Shown: in pieces, positions 23,900 through 32,879 of the stretch
Numbering within the stretch: position 1 is the first letter of the stretch
How the letters are laid out: every line of letters begins with the position of its first letter
DNA from: Scyliorhinus canicula
Taxonomy: Eukaryota
Assembly: GCF_902713615.1 (NCBI RefSeq)
Contig: NC_052156.1
Span: forward strand, 29,167,287-29,231,286
Direction: 5' to 3'
Length of the DNA stretch: 64,000 nt
The notes under the pieces: model-generated
Database searches by the model: none
Told to the model about the DNA's origin: nothing
The model's input: the letters and a program-made list of their open reading frames with translations, nothing else
Translations under genes and position numbers: made by a program

Positions 23900-26800
23900 T
23901 TAAATAGACTCGATCAGTCTTTTCGTGGCCCGTGACGTCCTGGCAGACCGCCGCAGTGGAGTTGGTGACGTTGGTTCAGCCGATGGTGGTGGTTCCGCTG
24001 ACGTCCTGGAGTCCGGGAGCGATGGTCCTTGAACAGTCTCCGTCACCCAGGCTGGCGGTGGAGACGCCATGGATGGGGAAGGGGTGGCCAGGGTGGGGCG
24101 CTGGGGGAAAAAAAAAACAGGGGGGGGGGGCTCTGTGGCGAAGGGGGGGGGGGGGGGAGGAGGCCGCACAACAGCGGGTGCCAGGTCCCGGAGGGAGACC
24201 GTGTCCTACCGACCGTCGGGGTACTCCACATACGCATACTGCGGGTTAGCGTGGAGTAACTGGACTTGTTCAACCAACGGGTCGGACCTGTGCGCCTGCA
24301 CATGCTTCCGGAGCAAGATGGGTCCAGGGGCGGCCAGCCACGTCGGGAGAGGGGATCCGGAGGATGACTTCCTGGGGAAAACAAGACGACGTACATGAGG
24401 TGTCTGATTTGTTGCGGTACAGAGGAGTGAGCGGATAGAATGTAGGGCATCGGGGATCACCTCTTGCCATCGGGAAATAGGGAGATCTCTGGACCGGAGG
24501 GCCAGTAGTATGGTCTTCCAGATGGTACCATTCTCCCGCTCGACCTGTCCGTTACCCCGAGGGTTATAGCTGGTCGTCCTGCTAGAGGCAATGCCCCTGT
24601 TGAGCAGGAATTGACTCAGTTCATCGCTCATAAATGAGGACCCCCGATCGCTATGTATGTATGCAGGGTAGCCGAACAGGGAGAAGATGGAGAGGAGGGC
24701 CTTAACGACGGTCGATGTGGTCATGTCGGGGCAGGGAATGGCGAAGGGGAAGCGGGACTATTCGTCGATTACCGGCAGGAAGTAAATGTTGCGGTTGCTA
24801 GAGGGAAGGGGCCCTTTGAAGTCAATGCTGAGACGTTCGAAGGGGCGGGATGCTTTGATCAGATGTGCGCGCTCAGGGCGGTAGAAGTGTGGTTTGCACT
24901 CTGCGCAGATGTGGCAGTCACGGGTTACTGTCCTGACTTCCTCGATGGAGAAAGGCAGGTTGCGGGCCTTAATGAAATGGTAGAAACGGGTCACCCCTGG
25001 ATGGCAGAGGTCAGCGTGGAGGCGGTCTATCTGCGTGCTGGCGCAGGTACCGCGGGACAGGGCATCAGGAGGCTAATTGAGCTTCCCAGGACGATACAAG
25101 ATCTCATAGTTGTACGTGGACAACTCGATCCGCCACCGTAAGCTCTGTCATTCTTAATCTTGCCCCTTTGTGCATTATCAAACATGAAGGCTACTGACCG
25201 TTGGTCTGTGAGGAGGGTAAACCTCCTGCCAGCCAAATAGTGCCTCCAATGTCGCACAGCTTCGACAATGGCCTGGGCTTCCTTTTCCACAGAGGGGTGG
25301 TGGAGTTCGGAAGCCTGGAGGGTTCTGGAGAAGAAGGCCACAGGTCTGCCCGCTTGGTTCAGGGTGGCCGCCAGAGCTACTTCTGATGCGTCGCTCTCGA
25401 CCTGAAAGGGGAGGGACTCGTTGATGGCACGCATCGTGGCCTTTGCGATGTCCGCTTTGATGCGGCTAAAGGCCTGGCAGACCTCTGTCGACGGCGGGAA
25501 GGTCGTGGTTTGAATGAGGGGACGGGCCTTGTCAGCGTAATTGGGAACCCATTGGGCATAGTAAGCGTAGAAACCCAGGCAGCGTTTGAGGGATTTGAGG
25601 GTATTGGGAAGAGGGAGTTCCATCAGGGGGCGCATGCGTTCGGGGTCGGGGCCTATCACTCCGTTACGCACTACGTAGCCGAGGATGGCTAGACGGTCGG
25701 TGCTAAACACGCACTTATCCTTACTGTATGTGAGGTTAAGGAGTTTTGCGGTTTAGAGGCATTTCCGGAGGTTGGCGTCATGGTCCTGCTGGTCGTGGCC
25801 GCAGATGGTGACATTATCGAGATACGGTAAGGTAGCCCGTAATCCGTACTTGTCGACCATTCGGTCCATCTCCCGTTGGAAGACCGAGACCCCATTTGTG
25901 ACACCAAATGGAACCCTAAGGAAGTGGTAGAGGCGCCCATCAGCCTCGAACGCGGTGTACTTGCGGTCACTCGCGCGGAGGGGGAGCTGGTGATAAGCGG
26001 ACTTAAGGTCCACAGTGGAGAAGACCTTGTATTTCGCTATATCATTTACCATGGCGGAAATACGGGGCGAGGATACACGTCCAGTTGCATAAACCGGTTG
26101 ATGTTCTGGCTATAGTCGATGACCATCAGGTTTTTCTCCCCAGTCCGGACCACCAGCACTTGGGCTCGCCAGGGACTGTTGCTGCCCTCGATGACCCCTT
26201 CCTTCAGCAACCTCTGGACCTCGGACCTGATGAAGGTCCGGTCCTGGGCGCTGTACCGCCTGCTCCGTGTCGTGACGGGTTTGCAATCGGGGGTGAGATT
26301 AGCAAACAAGGAGGGGGGGTCCACTTTGAGGGACGCGAGGCTGCAGACAGTGAGGGGGGGTATAGGGCCGCCGAATTGAAAGGTCAGGCTCTGCAGGTTG
26401 CACTGGAAGTCCAGTCCTAGGAGTGCCGGTGCGTAAAGGTCAGGGAGGACAAGGACTTTGTAATTTTTTAAAACCTTCCCTTGGACCGTGAGGTCCGCGA
26501 TGCAGCTAACCCGATTTTGTGTTTTACAGGATGGACAGGGAGCGCGCAGCGTCTTACCATGGCAGGGTGAACAAAGCTTTCCGTGCTCCCAGAGTCCAGC
26601 AGGCAGCCCGTCTCGTGGCCGTTGAGGTGGATCAGCGTTGTTGTTTTGGCGAGCGTGCGTGGCCGTGACTGGTCGAGTTGAATGGTCGCGAGCCGTGGAG
26701 AAGAACCATCGTCGCAGTTGTCGTCGGCCGAGTAGTAGCTGGCAGAATCTTGCGTGCCAGTCCAGGAAGGTGGTGCCCAGTACCCGCACGTGGAGTCGGG

Positions 26801-27961
26801 GCCCCAAGATGGAGGCGCCCAGGACCCGCACGTGGAGTCGGCGCCCCAAGATGGCGGCGCCCAGGACCCGCACGTAGAGTCGGCGCCCCAAGATGGCGGC
26901 GCACGCGGGGCCCTCGTGGTTGTGGGGGACGGGGTTAGCGGTGCCGGCGGGCCGACCGGAGCGGCTGAGAGCGGGGGCAGAGAGGCGCGCAGGCCAGGCG
27001 TAGGGGCCGGGGGCAGCGAGGAGAGAGTTGCGCGGTGCGCTGGGAGGGCCCGGAGGAGGGGGAGGCGTGCAGGCCGGGCGCAGGGGTCCGGGGGGGGGGG
27101 GGGGGGGGGGGGAAAGAGATTGGCGCTGCGTACTGGAAGGGCCAGCAAGGGCCCGGAGTGGGGGATCCCCGGTCGCTGTGCGGTGCAGCAGCGACCAATT
27201 TGGCCTGGCAGACGGATGAAAAGTGGCCCTTCTTCCCGCAGCTCTTACAGAGGGCGGAGCGGGCCGGGCAGCGCGGGCGAGGGTGTTTCGCGAACCCACA
27301 GAAATAGCAGCAGGGCCCCGTGGACTTGTCGGGGCGTCCCGCGGCGCAGGCCTGAGGGAGGTCGGGAGCGGCGGATGGCGGTGGGGAAGCGTGCCAGGAG
27401 GTCCAGGGTGCTGCAGCGCGGCTGGGGGCATAGGCTCGGGCGTTTAAATCAGCGACCTCCAGGGAGGTGGAGAGAGTCCGTGCCTCAGTTAGGCTGAGGT
27501 CGTCTTTCTCCAGCATCCGCTGGCGGATAGCGGCAGACTGCATCCCAGCCATGTAAGCATTTCTAATCTCTTCTGATCTCTAATCAGAAGTTCCATGTGC
27601 TCCGTGGCTGAAACTTCCTCCCCAGGACAGCGAGGGCCTGGTAAAATTGGTCTAATGACTCACCGGGGAGCTGTCGTCTGGTAGCCAGCAGATGTCGGGC
27701 GAATACTCTGTTGACCAGTTTAAGAAACTGTCCATTCAGCTTAAGCATGGCCGCATCGTAATCTTTTTCCTCCCTGATCAGCGCGTAGGCTGCTGTGCCC
27801 ACGCTGGAGTGGAGGATGTGAAGCTTCTGTGCCATGGTGGGGGGGCTATTTGCGGACGCCAGGTATCCCTCGACACATGCCAGCCAATGTTGAAAGATTT
27901 CTGAAGCGTTCTGAGTTTGCGGGCTGATGCGGAGGCATTCGGGCTTGAACCGGAGCTCCAT
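23900..27961 (-). pseudogene. Disrupted gag-pol of Gypsy family B
   Basis: ORF fragments 27584-27967, 26935-27552, 26468-27148, part of 26046-27431, 25753-26052, 25027-25710, 24758-24994, 24206-24724, 23900-24169. Confidence 0.94.
26770..26905 (-). repeat. In-frame 42-bp tandem repeat x3 encoding CGSWAPPSWGADST in family B
   Basis: CAAGATGG(A/C)GGC at 26805, 26847, 26889. Confidence 0.92.
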
Positions 27962-27985
27962 CTTCAAAATTCTAGCTTATTAAAT

Positions 27986-28271
27986 TGATGAACCATCAAT
28001 CGAACGCGAGACGAGTTGCTGTACAAAAGTTAGGCTTTAATAAGCTAGAAGTTAGCCCTGCGGTCGACTACAGTAAATGGACGACCGCCGGGTGTTCTGG
28101 TTATTTATACCTCGCTCTGGAGGCGGGGTTAACTCAGCCTCTCGACCAATCGGAGAGCCGTCACATGATTGGTCTCAACCAATCGGTCAAGAGGCACATG
28201 ACCGACCAGGGCCAATGGTAAGCCAGTGTTCTGCACCAATGGCAGACAGCTATGCAAATCATACCACCACA
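27986..28271 (-). repeat. 5' LTR of Gypsy family B
   Basis: TATAAA on minus 28104-28109, GC box, multiple CCAAT boxes, ATTAAA at 28036-28041. Confidence 0.96.
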
Positions 28272-28320
28272 ATATGGAACTCACTGAAACAGAAATAATT
28301 AAATCTTATTTTCCAGTGAT

Positions 28321-28362
28321 TCAGACACAAAACGTACGACTCACGTAACCTGAAGCTTTATT
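28321..28362 (-). terminator. Probable TAMM41 poly(A) signal AATAAA with GU-rich downstream element
   Basis: tttatt at 28357-28362 (AATAAA on minus), ~445 nt after the stop; followed on minus by GTCGTACGTTTTGTGTCTG. Confidence 0.55.
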
Positions 28363-28805
28363 ATGATGTCACCATATTGGTTAATGGATGTGCCTTAAGA
28401 GATGGTTAAATAACAATATGATCTAAATATGGACTCCCATTGGTTGAGTTCGCTGTTAAGTAGAGCATGTGCCTCATTTGGATCTGTGGATATCAGAACG
28501 GTTTCCATGATTGGATCCCAATTAACCCACTGATTACTAAATATTTATCGCTTGCAAAATTTGCATATTTATAAAGTTCTTTAAAAGCTGAACATTGCAA
28601 AACATAAACAGTACTTGTGTTGATAAAATATTTACCAGTAAAATTCTTTTGAAAATATGTTGAGCTATTATTAATGATAGTGAATTGGAGACATTATAAA
28701 GATGCATTTAATAATTTATAAAGTATGCCAGCCATTGATGAAAAACTCACAGCTTGTGTGCTTCATTAAAAAAAATGTATTTTCCAAATATAATTTAAAT
28801 AATAG

Positions 28806-28894
28806 TTAACAAAAATGTTCAGAAGATTTTCTTCTCCATCCTCTCCACATTTTATGCAGTTTCTTCGTGCTGTAGGTAACTGTTTTTCGCATAC
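28806..28894 (-). CDS. TAMM41: TAMM41 last coding exon
   Basis: (G)MRKTVTYSTKKLHKMWRGWRRKSSEHFC-TAA; tttag acceptor; the six exons sum to 708 nt in one open frame. Confidence 0.93.
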
Positions 28895-29046
28895 CTAAAT
28901 ACACATGAAACATTACATGAGACACTGCTTAAACCTCTAAAATTGCCAATGGCATTTTAGCTGAATGTAATCAATATAATAGTGGAAAATTATTTAGTTA
29001 TAGGAAGAAAACAAAACAAAACAAAACAAAAAAAAAAAAAACTTAC

Positions 29047-29109
29047 CAGCAGTAAGAATTCCTTTCGCACTTTGGGTAAGACTGGAGGATTTTACGATAC
29101 CAGATACAC
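29047..29109 (-). CDS. TAMM41: TAMM41 penultimate exon, 63 nt
   Basis: (S)VSGIVKSSSLTQSAKGILTA(G), homologous to the mammalian LSAIVRPSSIRQSTKGIFTAG segment; poly-T tract plus GAG acceptor, gtaagt donor; phase 1/1. Confidence 0.92.
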
Positions 29110-29669
29110 CTCGCATTTGGAGAAAAAAAAAACCAAAGCTATTATTCTAATTTGTAAGGAATTAACATATGCTATAAAAGTCCCAAATATATTTTAAAAT
29201 ACTATTTTTAACAGTTAAGACTCAAATTTGGAAGTGCTGCTTGGAAAAGATAATGCATGTAAATTAAACTGGCCTTGGAGTATCAGTCTCAAATCTAGGG
29301 GCGCTCTCCCACAATTGTCCTCCAGCTGTTGTTACTGTTTTGCTCACAATTTTGCGTTCAAACTCCCTCCCCGGCAAGTACACGAGCAAAGGTATTTACA
29401 ACAAAAGCAGCAGAACCTGGACTTTTGCATTAGCCAGTTTACAATGGGCTGTACAGGTTTAGTTTATTAAATGATGAAGAAGGGGATGTCTGACAAAATG
29501 CAACGTTGCTCATTTACAGTGCCTAAATGCAGCTTTGTGGCCATTATTCCCCATATCAAACTTCGGTGTGGTACCAATGTTCTCTAACTTCCATTAGTTG
29601 TGCACAGTCCTTTTGCCTACCACACAAATTAATAAAGTCAATAATGTGGTATGTGAATCTCAGCAATTG

Positions 29670-29988
29670 CTTTTGTTTATTGTCACGTGTACCAGGGTAC
29701 AGTGAAAAGTATTTTTCTGCGAGCTGCTCAACAGATCATTAAGTACATGGGAAGAAAAGGGAATAAAAGAAAATACAGAATAGGGCAACACAAGATACAC
29801 AACGTAACTACATAACACCGGCATCGGGTGAAGCATACAGGGGTGTAGTGTTAATCAGGTCAGTCCATAAGAAGGTCATTTAGGAGTCTGGTAACAGCGG
29901 GGAAGAAGCTGTTCGTGCGTGTTTTCAGACTTTTGTACACCTACCCGATGGAAGAAGTTGGACGAGTGAGTAGGCCGGGTGGGAGGGG
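29670..29988 (-). mobile_element. Rex1/Babar 3' end, same family as 44845-46087
   Basis: Near-identical 3'UTR sequence. Confidence 0.85.
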
Positions 29989-30659
29989 CGCACAGTGCCT
30001 GTGCAACGGCAGTTATGTAAGCCATTCATCCCAATGACTGGCGAATCATATCAAACAGCTGGTCTCTGGCTGTTTTCAATAGGCAGAGTATTAATTATAC
30101 CAATCTGTGCTTTCAAAACTCAGCATCTAATGCTAAATGTGATTCTGCAATTGGACAGCACTTAATGAACAATCTCGAGTGTGCTAAGAATTACACTAAA
30201 AAACAATTTTAGATTATCAGTTGGGTTTGCAATTTTGCTATCTTGAAGGCCCCAATCTTGATATCAAGGTGTTCAGTGGAAGAGAGGCAATCGATTTCTA
30301 AAGTGGTCGACTGAATATAAGTAGCCCACCTATGTTTTGGATAGGTTGCATGGCATATCAAATCAAAGCTTCGATCATATATATCCCAGCTTCATCAGAT
30401 GGAATGTGTGTTTCTTGGATAGAGATCACATGTTAGTTGCATGTTGCTGGATGAGATTGATAATTAGTAGACGCTTGACGGCAGTTAGCATCTCAATGTT
30501 GAGTCGCGGGATGCAGAGTGCAGATCCGATCATGAGGGATCTAAAGGAATTCATACTGCTGGCTGTCTAAGAGATGGTGATACCAGGATATTTGAAGCCT
30601 GAGTTTGCTGAATTTGGTTTGCTTGTAGGATCACTGGTTCTCTGGGTTATACCGGGTAC

Positions 30660-31100
30660 TGACGGATGGCGTGACATCAACCCAAGCCTGCTGCTACACA
30701 AGGACCTTACCAGACCACCTGCTGCTCACCTCCCATCATACCAGCCCATCGGTACCAGGAATAACAATAGAGGCCATGTGGCACAGGAATGGAACCAACA
30801 TGCCACCATTAGAAAACACTTCATCACAGATCCCACAGCCCGCCCACCCACTTTCAACCTGCCACACCAACACTGTACACTACTTAACTATACCCACCCT
30901 GGCTAAAGCCTTTGTGCAGCCAACCAGCACAAGTGGGCCTCGTAGGGAACCTGGACTGCATCTGTGATGCACCCCAATCAATGACTCATATCATTGAAGA
31001 CTGCCCCCTAACAAAATTCAGCGGAGATCGCAGAGGGCTCCATTCATCCACTGCGGATGCTATTGCCTGGCCTGGTGATTACTGCACACATTAAAAGAAA
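30660..31100 (+). mobile_element. Vingi/Ingi-like LINE 3' fragment
   Basis: PTFNLP..LLN, then CICDAPQSMTHIIEDCPLTKF..LH..ADAIAW C-terminal motif. Confidence 0.6.
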
Positions 31101-32573
31101 ATAGAGGGGTGGCCTTGCCAGATGCCAGCATTCGAGAGCCGCACATTTCCTCCGGAGGATATTGAAAGGGATGAATTTGAAGAAGCTGAGGCTGCCGGGG
31201 AAGAGTCTATAGCACCAACCAGGCAGGTCAGATTTACATACTGGGCACCCATTCCACCAGATTCCACGAGGAGGATGACAAGTTATAGTCAGCATCCTCT
31301 TTGACAAGTGCCCTCCATCATGAGTCCACATGAACACCAGCATTGCAATCCCTCTCATTGCAACTCTGCACTTTAATCGGAGAGTGAGTGCTTACCCATT
31401 TGGCTAACCATTGTCCTGTTTCTTTGAAGGATGACAAAACCGTGGGAATATGTGTCCTTGTTGAAATGAGGACCAACCTGGAGGAGAGCATCCCAGCATC
31501 ACACATCAGATGACACGGCCTCTTCTTGTGACTCTGCAGCATGCCAGCCATCATGGTAGCCTAGTAGAGGCAGGTGTTTCTCCTTAGTGGACTTATAGCA
31601 GTATACCTTCACTCTGACAAGTTCCTCAAGGAGATCCATCGCAACAATGTGAGTACGCATTCTGTGCCACCGTGCTTGTGAAAATGAAAGGTCATACTTG
31701 GGGGCCAAGGCAGAGGATGTCATGCAGGTCTCACTCCATTTTGACATCGCCCGTCCTTTGTGCCATCTTCTCCTCCACCACATTCACATCTGGCACGCTC
31801 AGTTAGGGATGCAGGCGTGCATTCATTCTGAACTTTCCATGAATCTGGACCACCCAAGGATCACAAATTTCAAATGGCCAGTTTGCCCTTACAATTAGCC
31901 CTGACCCTTGCCAACTGTAAAATGCTACGGCATGAAGTACTCAAGATATTGTTTTGTTGATAACAAAGATAAATCTTCAGATTCATTATATCCTCATTTG
32001 CATTCCATTGCTGCCCTCAACATTTTCAAAAGCTACTATCAGCACTTCCGGAGCATGCTTCAAGGCTCCATGGACTGCAACATATGGATATACCATAACC
32101 GACCTCAACGAGCGTATAGGTGAGAGGATGCTCCTCAGAATGGCTCAACTCTGTATCCTTACATCCAGAGCCTTGTGGCTGCAATGCGGACAACCATAAG
32201 GTGTTAAGGCCTCCGAGGGGCAGAGCTCCGGCACTAGGTTTAAAGGTGCTCACACTGATTGCTATGCTTAGCAAACGTACACTCAGAGAGTCGGCAATGT
32301 GCAAGTGTGTGCACGAGCAAAGAGTAAAAATATTGGAAATCTTGCTGGATGACAATGAGTAAATGGAGTTTCAGGATCATGATCCTTCTCCATGGATAAT
32401 AGGCCTTCACTGTACATTAATGCAGATAAAACGGGTCAATACCTTAGCCTCAGTCTTAAACAGCCAAGAATGAACATGACATGAACCAGCCCACCATGTG
32501 AATGAGGTTCCGTACACAATCAGACTTGATATATAGGACGATGTATCACTGGTGTTCAAAGTCACCATGGTGA

Positions 32574-32795
32574 GGGCAGCATGGTGGAACAGTGGCTAGC
32601 ATTGCTGCCTGCGGCACCGAGGACCCGGGTTCAAATCCTGGCCCTGGGTCACTGTCCATGTGGAGTTTGCACGTTCTCCCCGTATCTGCGTAGCTTTCAC
32701 CCCCCATATCCCAAAGTTGTGGAGGTGGATTGGCCACGCTAAATTGCCCCTCAATTCGAAAAAATAATTGGGTACTCTAAATTTATTTTTAAAAA
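32574..32795 (+). mobile_element. Short V-SINE variant
   Basis: As 2487-2712. Confidence 0.85.
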
Positions 32796-32879
32796 TCATG
32801 GCAGCACATGCTGTGGGGACATGGAAGGTAACAATATCCACCAGACACACATGGGGCCGGATCCTCCAATTCAGAGTGT

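Larger units (their letters stand above)
23428..28271 (-). mobile_element. Full-length Ty3/Gypsy (Mag-like) LTR retrotransposon, family B, young
   Basis: 286-bp LTRs 23428-23713 and 27986-28271 differing at 9 positions by eye (mostly CpG); TSD ATACG/ATATG; PPT AAGGGGTGAA; gag ATG 27961, two CX2CX4HX4C knuckles, PR LLDSGST, RT LPYLDNVTIC, RNase H, IN. Confidence 0.97.

Noticed and set aside
26046-27431. 461-aa ORF as a novel gene
   Set aside because: It is an off-frame GC-rich read of gag that shifts into the true PR/RT frame; a product of frameshifts in the Gypsy copy
29293-29308. CTCF site (TCTAGGGGCGCTC)
   Set aside because: One base short of the core spacing and lacks the 5' CC
31100-32570. 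Possible gene in moderately GC-rich sequence
   Set aside because: Only short unrelated ORFs; most likely decayed repeat that I could not classify
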